Source: Chiloscyllium plagiosum (Eukaryota). From it: a stretch of 64,000 bases of DNA. The stretch is from positions 47,367,535 through 47,431,534 of the forward strand of contig NC_057718.1 in NCBI RefSeq assembly GCF_004010195.1, read 5' to 3'. The translations under genes and the position numbers were made by a program. How positions within the stretch are numbered: position 1 is the stretch's first letter; each line of letters starts with the position of its first letter. The notes below the pieces were generated by a model. That model saw nothing but the letters and a program-made list of their open reading frames with translations, was not told the DNA's origin and did not search any database. Positions 1 through 13,699 of this stretch are shown here, one piece after another.

Positions 1-765
1 AATTGTGTACCTGAACCTTAGGTCTCTGTTCTACAACACTACCAGGGTCCTACCATTAATTGTACAAATCCTGACCTTGGTTGCATTACCAAAATGCCAT
101 GACTTCACATTTATCCAAATTAAACTCCATCTGCCACTCCTTAGTCCATTGGCCCAATTGAACAAGATCTCTTTGTAATCATAGATAACTTTCTTCACTA
201 TCCACTACACCACCAATTTTGGTGTCATCTGCAAATTTACTAACCATGCCTCCTATACTCTCATCCAAACCATTTATATAAATGACAAAAAAAAAAGTGG
301 ACCCAGGACCGATCCCTGTGGAATACCACTGGTCACAGGCTGAAAAACAGCCTTCCGCCACCACCCCTTGTCTCCTAATAAGTATCCCATTGGCATGCTC
401 ACCCTGAATCCCATATGATCCAACGTTACTAATTAGTAAACTATGCAGAACTTTGTCAAAGGCTTTACTAAAGTCCAAGTAAACAACATCTACCATCTGC
501 CCTCAATCTTTTTGGTTACTTCATTAAAAAACTCAATCAAGTTTGGGAGACATGATTTTCCTTGCACAAAGCCATAGTGATGATCCTTAATCAATCGTTA
601 CTTCTCCAAATGCATGTCAATCCTATCTTTCAGAATCACCTTCAATAAATTGCCCACCAACGGCAGACTGACAGGTCTATAGTTTCCAGGCTTCTCTTTG
701 CAGACTTTCTTTAAACAACAGCACAACATTAGCCACACTCCAGTCCTCTGGTACCTCACCAGTAT
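1..765 (-). mobile_element. CR1-clade (HER1-like) LINE fragment, reverse transcriptase region, decayed
   Basis: ORF 179..496(-) has DVVYLDFSKAFDKV and SKFADDTKIGG RT motifs; flanks continue as frameshifted CR1 ORF2. Confidence 0.92.
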
Positions 766-1705
766 GTGTAAACAGGAGAGTAGTTTGAATTTTGCAAATC
801 TAACTGTTGCTCAAACAATAAAATTATGGTCCTACAGTTTATTTCTGTACTAGCAACTTATTTATTGTCAGGTCTGCAAAACACAACAAAATTCCAAATT
901 TCCTCTTCTCTTTAGAGTGGTATTGTCATCCTGTAAGTGGTGGCCTGATTTATAGATAAATAAGTACAAACTGTAACAGATTGCTGACATGATCACATCA
1001 CACAAAGTTCATCCAAACTAATTTACTAATCTTCTGTAAAAATGGAAAGAGAAAATTAAACATTCTATCAGATATTCTTCAGCTGTTAGTACAAATGTCC
1101 CAATATATAATTATATCATGGTGATTTTATTCAAACAACTTAGATCAACTTACTGGAAGAATCCATTTGCAAACAGTACTATTAATTTTACCCATAAGCA
1201 CTCACAGCAATAAATCAACATCACTCGATCCTGCAGTGCTATGCAAAATCCAACAACAGGAAGGTGACATAACACTAGCATGCAGACGTGAATGACAGTT
1301 AATTAAAATGTCTGCCAGTAAATAGCTGTGAAATCAACAGACTGCTGCAGTTCATTGCACTTGGCATTCAAAACAAATATCAATAGAAATGAGTTCTCCA
1401 GCAGTCTATAACACTACGGATTGATACTTATCTAGAACAATTTATGACCATAATATACACTTCAACAGATTCCTAATAGTTTAAAAATATCAATACCAAA
1501 GACTGAGTTTACTGAATAATCTGGAGATAATGTTCTGTTGTTTAAATGACAGTTTGGGCTATTTTATCATACCAAATGTAAAACTTTCTGATGATAGTGG
1601 ATACCACCTTCATACAGAATCACAGTAAAAACAGTGAAAGGTCAAGATTGCAGTTTCTCTTTCTCTCTCTAATGTTTTAAATTCACTTCTTTTGAATATT
1701 GTTTT

Positions 1706-2042
1706 GGAAGATGGTGGTGTAGTAAGTAATGTTACTGGATGAGTAATCCAAACCCGCAGTCTATTGCTCTGGGGACATGGGTCAAAATTAAGAAATTTTG
1801 GAATTTAAAACAAAACTAGCATAAAGGCAACTATGTAACTGCTGTTGATTATCATAAAATCCAATTTAGTTCACTAATATGCCTTAGGGTAAGAAATCTG
1901 TCATCCTTACCTGGTCTGGCCTTCATGTGACTCCAGAGGCAGTACAATGTGATTGACTCTTAACTGCTCCCTGGACAGTTGGGGATGTGCAATTGGTACT
2001 GACTTAGCCTGGAGTGTCCACATTCCATGACTGAATTTTAAA
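1706..2042 (+). mobile_element. tRNA-derived SINE (family B), 3' tail shared with a CR1/L2-like LINE
   Basis: tRNA-like head GGTGGTGTAGTAAG...GGGTCAAA; core CCTTACCTGGTCTGGCC...GTGACTCCAGA; similar copies at ~26.15-26.49 kb (-) and ~31.67-31.97 kb (+). Confidence 0.8.
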
Positions 2043-2404
2043 AATCTGCTCTGCTGGGAACATTGACAGACTACAGACTTAACATAACTGTTATAGTGAA
2101 AGTGGTATACACTCAAACCATGGCCCTTGCTTACATTACAGAAGCCCCACTGCAAGTAGCAATTGTCACGGCTGTGACAGGAAGACCCTGAATAACACCG
2201 AACCTAGACAAAAGAAGTACTGTCAATCACCTCCGCATAGACAATGAAACTGTCTTGCTATCACTGGCTCTATGTAAACCTCCCTTGGCAACATACAAGT
2301 CTTCAATAAGAGTAAATGTCAACTTTATAATAATTACAGCTGAAAACCATAGCTGCATGCAATTGAATAGAGATTGATTTTAATATGTTCAAAGGGTGTG
2401 ACCA

Positions 2405-2665
2405 TTACTAGCTAAGTCAGCATTAACTCCCTATTCCCAATTGCCCTTAAGATACTGGTTAGCCTCCTCCTTTAACTTTTGCAGGCACATCCAGTGATAG
2501 TAGGAACAGAATTCCAACATGGTGTCTTAGCAACAGTGAAGGAGGGACAATATAGTTCCAGGTCAGGATGCATGTGATATGGAGGGGAGCTTGCAGAGTG
2601 ATGCCACCTGCTGCTCTTGTTCCTCTAATGGTTAGAAATTATGAATTAGGAAAGTGCAGTCCAGA
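2405..2665 (-). mobile_element. 3' end of CR1/L2-like LINE (family C), decayed
   Basis: Collinear similarity to the 3' ends at 40190-40520 and 53210-53520. Confidence 0.7.
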
Positions 2666-2959
2666 AGAAGAAAGAGTGGGGAGGAACAAGTAGTTGGCTC
2701 CAAATATAATCACTTTTAGTCAAATGCACAGAAACAGAAAAGCAAAGCTGGCAGTCCAAGAATGCAAAGGTTAAATGATATCACCTTATTTATCAGGGGC
2801 TTTCTCGAATTAGAGACCTTGGCAGGAAGAGTTACATGTTCCTGGGCAAGTCTTCCCTGGAATTGGGATAACTGACATAGGTAATAGAGTAGATCAGTAA
2901 TGTAGAGGGTACTAAGAGGACTATTGTTGAGATCCATGTGGGGACAAACAGTACAATGT

Positions 2960-3720
2960 AAAAATAGCTCAGGATTCATAGCTATGGAAAGATGGAATAA
3001 CATCATTGGGCATGTTGTTCTGTTATTGTTTCAGATCTCCTATTGACCAAGCATGATTTTACCAATTAGAACAGCAGAATTAAGAATTTCATAAACTATA
3101 TTACATAGCAGGACAAAGCAGAAGAAAAAAAACTGGGAAATGGAATCAGTTTGTTGAAAGATTGGAGCTTTTCAGTAAGGATGGGATTCACTTGAGCAAG
3201 TCAACTCAAATGTTTCAATGCTATTGCTAAGGAAACATTCAGAACATCTTTAAACTTATCAGACTGGCAAGGGAGAAAAATCAAAGAGCAGCATTACCTA
3301 AAGTAATGAAGCACATCATTGGACCCAGCAGGAAAGAATTTAATCAAGGGACAAAATTGCATCATCAGGCTATTTTATTAAATGCTTCTATACAGATATT
3401 GAAAGTTAGATTTAAGTTGACAGAAGATTATACAGTGCAACTGTAAAACCTTGAATTAATAGCCTCACTAGGCTGTGGCTAGGCTCAAATTTTGAATTTC
3501 AATATGTTGTTTGGAAAGGATAGGGTAGTTAATAGGGGGAAAAAGGGGAGCTGTCGTCAATGTTATAAGGATGTAACATATAATGGAACAAGGCATCATA
3601 CCAAGTGGAATGAACATTGTGGTAGTTTTCACTGAATATTTTTAATGCTAAAGAACCTCCAAGATGATCAGGAGAAGCCTTAAGCTAGTTTAGCTCATGT
3701 TCATTATATTTTAGTAAAGG
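2960..3720 (+). mobile_element. Very old CR1 5' remnant (ORF1 esterase tail plus endonuclease start)
   Basis: KDGIHLS at ~3177-3197 (SGNH-like DGxH); LFGKDRV..GKKG at ~3506-3560 (RKDR..GGGV-like); many stops. Confidence 0.45.
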
Positions 3721-3879
3721 AGTTGAAGCCAGCACAAGGGATGACCAGCCAGAAGAGCATTAAGTAGTTGATCACACTTAAAATATCTGCAATAGTTTCT
3801 ATAGTGGCCTGCACATCATTGTGGTGATTGGTGGTTCAAGGGACACCCTCAAATAGTAAGCAATCATTTGGAAATGAAC

Positions 3880-4030
3880 TTGAGAACATTCAATAGTAAA
3901 GCACAGGAACAGGTCCTTCAGCCCACATGTATGTGCCAACCGTGATGCCATTCTAAACTAATCCCACCTGACAACACATGATCCATTTGCTCCTATTCCC
4001 TATCTGTTCAAGTGTTTATCTACTCACATC
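3880..4030 (-). mobile_element. CR1 LINE 3' tail fragment
   Basis: AGCACAGGAACAGGTCCTTCAGCCCAC...CCATTCTAAACTAATCCCA resembles the other CR1 tails in the window. Confidence 0.7.
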
Positions 4031-4262
4031 ATTAATGCAAATTTGAAACACTACCTAAAGGGATCCTCATCATGCAATGATCATTCCGATGTAGAGGACT
4101 TTTGAAACTATTCAGTTCCTTTTGGGCGGTACCTTGCAGTTCCTGCCAGGTTGGATTTGATGGTGGGACCAGGAGCACACGAGGCCAATGGACTAATGAG
4201 TTCCCAGCTCTAATCAATGCTAGGGACAAGGAAGAATCGGATACAGTTACCCACTTTTGCAT

Positions 4263-6373
4263 AAAAGTTAAAGTTCTAAATTGGAGAAAGGCCAATTTTG
4301 ACAGTATTAGGCAAGAACTTTCACAAGCTGATTGGGGGCAGATGTTTGCAGGTAAAAGGACAGCTGGAAAATGAGAAGCCTTCAGAAATGAGATAACTAG
4401 AATCCAGAGAAAGTACATTCCTGTTAGGGTAAAAGAAAAGACTGGTTTAGGGAATGCTGGATAACTGAAGAAATTGAGGGTTTGGTTAAGAAAAAGAAGA
4501 CAGCATATGTAAGGTATAGACAGGAGAGATCGAGTGAATCCTTAGAAGAGTATAAAGGCAGTAGGAGTACACTTATGAAGGAAATCAGGAGGGCAAAAAG
4601 GGGACATGAAATAGCTTTAGCAAATAGAGTTAAGGAGAATACAAATGGTTTTTACAAATACATTAAGGAAAAAAGGATAACTAGGGAGAGAATAGGGCCC
4701 CTCAAAGACCAGCTTTGTGGCCTTTGTGTGGAGCCGCAGAAAATGGGGGAAATACTAAATAAGTATTTTGCATTAGTATTTACTGTGAAAAAGGATGTGG
4801 AAGATATAGAAAGTAACGAAATAGATGGTGACACCTTTCAAAATGCCCAAATTACAGAGGAGGAAGTGCTGGATGCCTTGAAATGCATAAAGGTGGATAA
4901 ATCCCTAGGACCTGATCAGGTGTACCCTAGATCTCTGTGGGAAGCTAGAGAAATGATTGCTGGGCCTCTTGTTGAGATATTTGTATCATCAATAGTCATA
5001 GGTGAGGTGCCAGAAGACGGGAGATTGGCTAATGTGGTGCCACTGTTTAAGAAGGGTGGTAAGGACAAGCCAGGAAATTATAGGCCAGTGAGTCTGATGT
5101 TGGTGGTGGGCAAGATGTTGGAGGGAATCCTGAGGGACAGGATGTACATGTATTTGGAAAGGCAAGGACTGATTAGGGATAGTCAATATGGCTTTGTGCG
5201 TGGGAAGTCATGTCTCACAGACTTGATAGAGTTTTTTGAAGAAGTAACAAAGAGGATTGATGAGGGCAGACTGGTAGATGTGATCTATATGGACTTCAGT
5301 AAGATGTTTGACAAGGTTCCCAATGGGAGACTGGTTAACAAGGTTATATCTCACGGAATACAAGAACTAGTCATTTGGATACAGAACTGGCTCAAAGGGA
5401 GAAGCCAGAAGGTAGTGGTGCAGTGTTGTTTTTCAGACTGGAGGCCTGTGACCAGTGGAGTGTCACAAGAATCAGTGCTGGGCCCTCTGCTTTTTGTCGT
5501 CATTTACATAAATGATTTGGATGTGAGCATAAGAGGTACAGTTAGTAAGTTTGCAGATGACACCAAAGTTGGAGGTGTAATGGACAGCTAAGAAGGTTAC
5601 CTTAGATTACAACAGGATCTTGATCAGATGGGCCAATAGGCTGAGAANNNNNNNNNNNNNNNNNNNNNNNNNNNNNNNNNGCATAAGAGGTACAGTTAGT
5701 AAGTTTGCAGATGACACCAAAATTGGAGGTGTAATGGACAGCTAAGAAGGTTACCTTAGATTACAACAGGATCTTCATCAGATGGGCCAATAGGCTGAGA
5801 AATGGCAGATGGAGTTTAATTCAGATAAATGCGAGGTGCTGCATTTTGGGAAAACAAATCTTAGCAGGACTTAGAGACTTAATGTTAAGGTCCTAGGGAG
5901 TGTTGCTGAACAAAGAGACCTTGGAGTGCAGGTTCATAGCTCCTTGAAAGTGGATTCGCAGGTAAATAGGATAGTGAAGAAGGCGTTTGGTATGCTTTCC
6001 CGTATAGAGGTTTACAAAATTATGAGGGGCATGGATAGGATAAATAGACAAAGTCATTTCCCTGGGGTGGGGGAGTCCAGAACTAGAGGGCATAAGTTTA
6101 GGGTGAGAGGGGAAAGATATAAAAGAGACCTAAGAGGCAACTTTTTCACGCAGAGGGTGGTATGTGTATGGAATAAGCTGCCAGAGGAAGTGGTGGAGGC
6201 TGGTACAATTGCAACATTTAAAAGGCATTTGGATGGATATATGAATAGGAAGGGTTTGGAGGGATATGGCCTGGGTGCTGGCAGGTGGGACTAGATTGGG
6301 TTGGGATATCTGGTCAGCATGGACAAGTTGGACCGAAGGGTCTGTTTCCATGGTGTACATCTCTATGACTCTA
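4263..6373 (+). mobile_element. 5'-truncated HER1/CR1 LINE with decayed ORF2 (RT) and intact 3' tail
   Basis: 369-aa ORF 4482..5591 with PGNYRPVSL, QYGFVRGKSCLT, DVIYMDFSKMFDKV, FADD; premature stop at 5589-5591; apparent internal deletion at ~6000; tail GGACCGAAGGGTCTGTTTCC...CTCTATGACTCTA. Confidence 0.95.
5648..5680. other. Assembly gap (33 N) with a duplicated overlap on both sides
   Basis: 5527-5647 is repeated at 5681-5801 with 2 differences. Confidence 0.95.
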
Positions 6374-7009
6374 AGTGCCCACATGTGAACAAATTGAAGA
6401 CAGGAGCGGACAGGCCTCCTACTTTGAACAATCCTGAGCAGGAACCTGGAGGGGAATTTCCAGTACCTCATTGGGAATACTGTCACATCTCCAATGCTTA
6501 CTCCCCCACCAGAGTTACTTTGCCAACAGCTACAGCCCCAGGCCATCTTCCAGAGGCTCCTTTCCACAATGATGATCTGGCAGCTGCGACCATCATTTTC
6601 TTTTTCTGGAACTCATGAAGGGAACATTTCCATAAAGTTTAAGCAGTATCTCCTATCCACTTTTTTTTGTCTGATAATTTTGCCTATGAAACTTCTGGAT
6701 TCAAATACTATTGCAATTACCAGTAAAACCAAAACATTTGTTTTAAATTATTCACTTATTACATGATTCATCTTTTTTTCCTGTTGCAGAAGTTACATTT
6801 TATTAGCTAAGAACGTGAGTCAAACTGTTTATTCTTTGTACAGCAATAATCTTAAATTTACTACAATGAGTTGACACCCCGTAACCACGTTTACTTCACC
6901 TATGGACATTAGATGTTAAATGTTTAAGAACATGAGTAAACCATGCTGGAAATATTTCCTGTGGTTTTGGTTTGCAAATTATGAAATGGATTTTGAAATA
7001 CTGTAGAAT

Positions 7010-8357
7010 GTGCTGTGCAAAAAGAGATTTACAAGGATGGTGCTCGAAGTGTCAGAGGTTACAATAATTGGGAAGAAATTGAACAGGCTTAAAGGTCTTT
7101 TCTCTGAGAAAGGGGAACTGAGAACTGAACTGAAATAAGTCTTTAATTATAAAAGGATTAAGTAAGGAATGGATTAAGTGATTACCGGGGGATTTTAGTC
7201 TACATTTAGATTGGGAAAATCAAATGAGGACAGATAGCTTAGATGAGGAATTCATAAAAGGTTTTCAGGAGAGATTCTTACAACAGCATATTCCAGTATG
7301 ACCAGACAGCAGGCTTTACTAGACTCAGTATTGACCAAGAAGATAGTTTTAATTCATCATCTCAGTGAAGATGCCTCTAGGCAACACTTACCAGAACATA
7401 TGCTTTTTGAAGGAGAGAAGAGTGTGTTTAAAACTAAAATTTTAAACTTAAAGGACAATTATGAGGGCATGAAAATCAAGCTAGCAAAATTGACCTAAGC
7501 AATTTAAGCTAAGGGGTCACTCAATAGAGTTAGTAGTGGATGTTTAAGGAAACATTTGTATAAGGATAGAATTGATGCATTTCAACAAGAAAGACAAATT
7601 CCAAGGAATGAACCCCTTATCTGTGTTTAATTAAAGGAACTTAAAGATAATATTAAACTTAAAGAAAATGGAAAATTGCATAAAGATGCATGGCAAGTCA
7701 GAAGATTGGGCAGAATATCTTTTAAAAACTAAACAATGAATAAGGGAGGAAAATTGGAACAAAAGAGAAAGCTATATAAAGATATAAAAACATTAAGACT
7801 GCAAACAGCTGTTCAATAAAGACAGCTAACAAAGTGACCATTGATCCCATAGAATGAGTTTGCAGAATCAATAATGGTAAATAAGCAGATGGCAGTTGAA
7901 GTTAAAAGATATTTTGCTTTGGCTTTCACTATACAGGATACAAGAACCATCTCAGAAATTGCTGTCAGTCAGGAGTTGGAAGGAGAGAGGAACCCATGAT
8001 TACTACAAACACCAGAAGAGTAATACTTGGCAGATTATTGGAACTCAGTGTGGTGCTGGAAAAGCACAACTGGTCAGGGAGCATTAGAGGAGCAGGAGAG
8101 TCAACATTTCGAGCATTAGCCCTTCATCAGGAATGAGCCATTCTGCAGTCCTCACTTTCTCCTAGATTGTTGGAACTACAACTTGTCAAGCCCCTGGGTG
8201 TGATTGGTTTCATCATGGGTCTTAAAAAAAATTGACCTGTGAGATAGTTGATGTGCGGGTCTTAATTTTACAAACATCATTAGATTTGGGGAGGTTCCCT
8301 AAGATTGGAAGGTAGCTTCTGTAAATCCTTCGTTCAAAAAGGGATACAGAAAGCAAG
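7010..8357 (+). mobile_element. Old CR1 LINE fragments (endonuclease C-terminus to RT N-terminus)
   Basis: ITGGF (GDF-like) at ~7181, TRQQALLDSVLT (PTR..AxLDLVL-like), and a KIGR..VNPSFKKG-like stretch; heavily frameshifted; interrupted by a mini-PLE at 8046-8163. Confidence 0.75.
8046..8163 (-). mobile_element. Mini Penelope-derived element (family A) with minimal hammerhead ribozyme motif, partly inverted
   Basis: Minus strand CTGATGA-A-GGGC-TAAT-GCTC-GAAA-TGTT (core at 8124-8130); TSD AGATTATTGGAACT 8032-8045 / AGATTGTTGGAACT 8164-8177. Confidence 0.85.
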
Positions 8358-8915
8358 ATCATAAGATACAGAAGCAAGATTAGGCCATTCAGCCTAACTT
8401 GTCTGCTGTGCCATTAAATCATTTGATAGGTTTCTGAATCCTAATCTCCTGCCTTCTTCCCATAACTTTTGATTCCCTTATCAAGAGCTTATCTCTGTCT
8501 TAAATACTAAGCATGAAACTATTGGGAACTATTTGAAATAAAAGATCCGAAACAGGGTGGACATGGAAAGGATGTTTTCTCTGATGGGAGAATGTAGAAC
8601 TAGGGGCAACTTTAAAAATAAGGGGTTGCCATTTATAAAGGGTTGCCCATTTCTGACAGATCGAAATAAGGAGAATTTTTATTTCTGACGGTTGACAGCT
8701 CTTTTTCTCATAAGGCAGTGGAGACGGATTCTCTGAATATTTTTAAGGTGGAGATAGACAGATTTTTGATTACCTGGGGGGAGAAAGCGTCAAAGCTTAT
8801 TGGGGCTAAGCAGGAATGTGGAATTGAGTTTAACATAGATCAGCTGTGATTTTATTGAATTGTGGAACAAACTTGCAGAGCCAAGTGGCTGGCCTGCCAC
8901 TCATTTTAAAATGTA
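8358..8915. mobile_element. CR1 3'-end fragments (minus-strand tail ~8358-8510, plus-strand 3' end ~8530-8915)
   Basis: Typical CR1 3' sequences (GGCCATTCAGCC..., AGAACTAGGGGC..., TTTAAGGTGGAGATAGACAGATTTTTGATT). Confidence 0.75.
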
Positions 8916-9199
8916 TACAGAGGTTCCACTCACTGAGGTGGGATGGGGGGATGGATGCAGAAGTGGGATCACAACTATAAAATAGTCACCTATAAATCCA
9001 ATTGGAATTCAGGGGAAATTTCTTTACACAAAGTAGAATGAAACTCATTACCACAAGAGGTAATTGAGTGACCAGCATTGATGCATTTAAGGGGGAAATA
9101 GGCCATTATGGTAAAAGCAATAGAAGGATATATTGATGGGGTCAGAAATAGTAGGTGGGAGTCCAATCATTTGGAGCACTAACATTGACCTATTACGTC

Positions 9200-9405
9200 A
9201 AACAAAAATGGAAACTGCTGGAGAAACTCAGCAGGTTTAGTATTCGTGAACTAAAAACAGAGTTAATGTTTCAAATAGTTCTGAGGAAGGGTCACTGGAC
9301 TGGAAATATTAACTGTTTTCTCTGCACAGATGCTGCCAGGCCTGCTGAGTTTTTCCAGTAATTTCTGTTTTTCTTTGTTTGAGGTCTCCAGCATCCACAG
9401 TTGTT
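9200..9405. mobile_element. Penelope-type terminal repeat (family B), inverted arrangement, degenerate hammerhead
   Basis: CTGAGGA-A-GGGTC-ACTG-GACTG-GAAA-TATTAAC at ~9281-9313; arms CTGGAGAAACTCAGCAGG / CCTGCTGAGTTTTTCCAG are inverted; same family as 27.4, 28.4 and 60.1 kb. Confidence 0.75.
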
Positions 9406-11933
9406 TTATTTTATTTACCCATTGAGTCAAGTTGCATTGTTTTTATGTTCTAAATTATTTGTAGTCTTTACTGTAACATTACCTGACATGTACCACAAAT
9501 TGATTATGTGTCCAGGGATTTAAAGTCTCTAAGCTGTGCATTTTCTTACTCATCAGCAAACAAGTGCATTACCAAAATGATGTCATCGTGTAGTGATGTT
9601 ACTGCATTATTCCATCATTATCACACCATAACTGGTGGTTTGAGTGGAACTCAAATGATGCTGTTGATACAATACACAATGTAGTTTGACCAGGTTAGTT
9701 TACAGGAGAGCAAAGGATTTGCTGAACATTCTTCCTTTGGCTCTTTGTTGAACTTATAGCTAATCTCATTCCTATATTCTGTTCCCAAAAAGCCATTTGT
9801 CTGCAGAGTTATTTTTCGTTCAACCTCTTTTTGCAAAAAAGAACACATGCTCCAACAACAAAATGATTAAAACAATTTCTCATAACCTCTCTTCTCTCAA
9901 TGACTACTTCAACATAAAAGGTCCCTAGTCAGTAACTTTCCAACTGGAGGAATAAGTCATTTTATTTACCTTGTAGAAATTGTCCATAACATTGTATGAC
10001 TCCACGGAATCTCTTCTTTTTTGTTTTTTGGGGAAATACTCCCAATAGCTCCACCTTTTCAACATAAAAGACTTTTTAAATGCTGGGTGTTGTTCAAATT
10101 AAAATTACCCTTTTATTGGTTTGAATGTCTTGGTATATTTCTTTGTTGCTATGCTCTAGGTTCCCTTTTATAAAACCCAGTCCAAATGTAACTTCATGGA
10201 AAGCATTTTGGAAATGCTCTGGCCATATCACTCAACTGTCTCGCATCTCCAAAAGGAAACTCCTATCTCTAGCGTGCTTTTATTACTACATTATCTTTAT
10301 CTACTACATCTCCATGGTAATTTTTTCCATTAAGTCTTCTCTGCGCTTTTTAAAAAAGAATGCAACTGCTAGTCTCCAATTCTATTTCTCTATTGTGTTT
10401 TCTCTGAATCTGTAGGTTGAAATTTACACTCCTCATGTTGTGAGCTTGGAGGAAGGATCGGCTGGGAAAGTAGAAGGGAACTGCATTGGGAAGACTGCAC
10501 AATGCATTCCTGCCACTACAGAACTTACTTTGATACAGGTTGGGTTGTGGTTTAACTGTCCATTCTATATAGGTAGACAGCCAATTAACATTGGAAGGTT
10601 CCAATTTAGGGTGATGCTGTAGCCTAACAGGTGAAGTGGCCTGCTCAATGGAGGCAAGCTCCCTGTGAGTACCAGCTCAATGGAGGCAAGCTCCCTGTGG
10701 CATATCATGGGACCAAAGCTGGTGTTTCCATGCAATAATGACAGGATTACAGGCAGGAAAGATCACACTTGCCACCCACCTATTTTACTACAGGAGTTTC
10801 CCCTCTGCTCCACAAGGCCTAATGGCCCTAATTCCGACAACCAAAAACCTGTAACTCCATCTCTGACAGTATCTCCATTTTGCTCTTATAGTATCTGAAC
10901 TGTTGCAAACCACCATCTTTCAAAGGGCTATTAGGGTTGGACAATAAAAGCTGCCCAGCCAATTATGTCCACATCCCCTTAACAAACTGCCTCAGAAGTG
11001 ACCACTTCCTCCGGTGGAATTGTTGAGGTGCCAAAACTGTTGGCCATCAATTAGAAGGCCACCTCCACCATGATTGGGCCTCTGGTCTCACTGCTAGTAA
11101 GTCACAGTCCTGAAGCCTATGTGAAAATTCAGTGCTATATTACAACATTCAATTCCATTTTAAATCTCTGCCAGAATGTACCAGCTAATGCAAACAGGAT
11201 TTTTTTTCTCAATTGCAAAATCATGAGGCAAAAAAATCATAAATGGTCTGATAAAGGGTACGATTAAAAATGTTCGCTTATTTGTCTCCATCCAATCCCA
11301 AATCAAATTTCACACATTTTAAAAATTTTATTTTCAATTACTAGTATCGATGCATTCCATTTCTATTTTAATACCATATGCTTATTCCATTGTCACAGAT
11401 ATTCCAGGTAACTACAATAATCACATTTGCTTCTCTCATTTATTGCATACACACAAGCACAGAAGGATTAGAACAATGGCCAGTTGTAAATGCTATTCAA
11501 TCAGCTGTCAGGAAAATCTTTGACAATAAAGTTTATTTAGCTGTGACAGTTTTAGTCTAACCACAAATGAAATAGGAACTTTAATTTGTGTGGCAGATTT
11601 GTCATGTATACAACAGGTTTTATCAAATCCTAATATGAAACACAAAGCCCTGGATTGAATTAATTTAAAATACAATCACAAAGTTCATTTTGACCTTCAA
11701 ACTCGGTTACTAACTGACAATGACTCAGTAAATTGTACTTTTCCTCTCCCACCATTACTCATAAAAAGATAATGACTACAGTTTATGGAATTTCCTGTAC
11801 CGAACACATCAGCAATTTAAAAGATTGGCAATAGCAAAGGCACTAATACTCATCCCCTGTAAGATCATATTTAACTAGAAGAAATTAACCCTTGGTCCTA
11901 CTTTGCTGGGTTAATGTTAACCCACAATAATGC

Positions 11934-12237
11934 ATTAGATTAGATTCCCTACAATGTGGAAACAGGGCATTTGGCCCAACAAGTCAACACCTGCCCTCTG
12001 ATGAGTAAACCACCCAGACCCATTCCCCTATCCTACATTTACCCCCAACTAAGGCATCTAACACTATAGGCAATTTTGCATTGCCAATTCACCTGGCTTG
12101 GACGTCTTTTGGATTATGGGAGGGAACCCATGCAGACACAGGAGAATGTGCAAACTCCACACAGACAGTCACCTGAGGTGGGGATCAAACCTGGGTCCCT
12201 AGCAATGTGAGGCAGCAGTGCTAATCAGTGAGCACCA
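11934..12237 (-). mobile_element. HE1 V-SINE, moderately diverged
   Basis: ATTAG-type tail; V-domain GTGCAAACTCCACACAGACAG; tRNA-like head GCAGCAGTGCTAATCAGTGAGC. Confidence 0.92.
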
Positions 12238-12619
12238 GCTTTGTGTTATTTTTGTAAACTAACAATCAAGATCTTAAAAGACATTTCAAAAAACATTCAA
12301 ATTGGAATGACTGCTTCACTGATAATGGCATTTGATCATAATTATGAATTATGATTTCTCCTTTCTTCTGTTGATCTTGAATTAGGAATGCACTGTATAT
12401 TACATTTAATTATATTAAGTTCTTCATCTCCTGGACATTAGTTTACTATATTCCCCACCACTGACAAATGGTAATTCCTTGCTTACAGTATACCTCTGAA
12501 ATATGTGATGCAATTATTCTGTAATAACAATGGCAACATAGCTTTTTTATTCTGACATTTCATAGTCCAGTCAAACTGATCACTCCAGGATTATTGATTT
12601 ACAAGTTTATCTTCAATCA

Positions 12620-13660
12620 GATGAAAACCGTCATTTTGTCAAAGCTTTTTATCTTGCATTCATCAGGACACTTTACAAGATTACAAATTGAAGGGGAGGA
12701 GACAAACATTTATACTGTGTGACAGAAGAGTGCTGATTGGTTGTCACGTGGACTCTGATTGGCAGAAGCATTGCCATGGCGAATGCACCCATTAGTGCTA
12801 ATATACAGTGAATAGTGAGGCTTTGCCAAATTTTAAAACAGGTAGCTGGATTCTGATTGTTCAGTGCTTTGCTCTGAAAAACAAACCAGTGCACGGTTGT
12901 CACCTACTTTGTTGACTTTATATGTGTACAGTACATGTACATGTTCCCTAAGTCTGCAAAGAACAGGGACTTGTGTATTTATATTCGTAGCTTCCAGTAC
13001 ATGCTTGTGTACCACATTGAGAGCCTGACTGACAATCCTAAATTTCCTGAAGGGCTTTCACCCGAAATGTTGATTTTCCTGCTCCTCAGAGGCTGCCTGA
13101 CCTGCTGTGCTTTTTCCAGCACCACACTCTCGATTCTAATCTCCAGCATTTGCACTCCTCACTTTCACCCTGACAATCCTAAATTGTTGGTCAGAATAAT
13201 TCCCCTCACATTCAGGATTATCCAACAAATGTTTTCCAATTAGAGAAACATGTCTAATGTTAGATACAGTATGATGAGTTTTGCAAGCGTGGGTTGATTG
13301 GCTATGGTCAGTACCTTGCTTGTTAAGAACAGCAGAGGGACATGCTGTTCGATACAACTTGCCAGTACAATGTATATACTGTGATGGAATCACACCAGAA
13401 CTAAAATTCACATACCACATTGCTTATTTGTGCGATAGGCAGAACATCTTTTTGGCTTGATGGCAGCATCTTATTGGTGGCAAACACCATCTGTGTCACT
13501 GGTACATTATAGCAGCTTGAAACAGCTAGCTGCATCCGTTACTCAATCATTTGAGATCATTTATCCTTCCAGGATAATCTGAGGCAGACTCACTTTTCAG
13601 AACCAAGAGTGAATTGCCACAGGGCATTCCATGAGTTTACATGCTTTACAGTGAGAAATT
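12620..13660 (-). mobile_element. Penelope-like element 3' part (GIY-YIG endonuclease plus 3' repeat), decayed
   Basis: Minus ORFs give SLIGKHLLDNPEC..YSDQQFRIV and HVLEATNINTQVPVLCR (PLE endonuclease C-terminus); degenerate GTC-CTGATGA...GAC hammerhead at ~12636-12669. Confidence 0.8.
13045..13169 (+). mobile_element. Mini Penelope-derived element (family A) nested in the older PLE
   Basis: Perfect 16-bp TSD CTGACAATCCTAAATT at 13029-13044 and 13170-13185; hammerhead core partly deleted (CTGA-AGGGC..CCCGAAA). Confidence 0.88.
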
Positions 13661-13699
13661 TGATCATGATAGCCATACATTCTCCATAGTGTCAGCCAG

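Noticed and set aside
4482..5591. 369-aa RT ORF as an active or domesticated gene
   Set aside because: 5'-truncated CR1 with a premature stop just after FADD and a downstream deletion
5527..5801. 121-bp tandem duplication inside the CR1
   Set aside because: The copies sit on either side of a 33-N gap; most likely an unmerged contig overlap or haplotype difference
9970..10409. Minus-strand exon candidate (CTACAG| ... CAAG|GTAAAT) in non-repetitive DNA
   Set aside because: Weak polypyrimidine tract, no long open frame and no recognisable peptide (not an ATF3 or JDP2 N-terminus); needs RNA evidence
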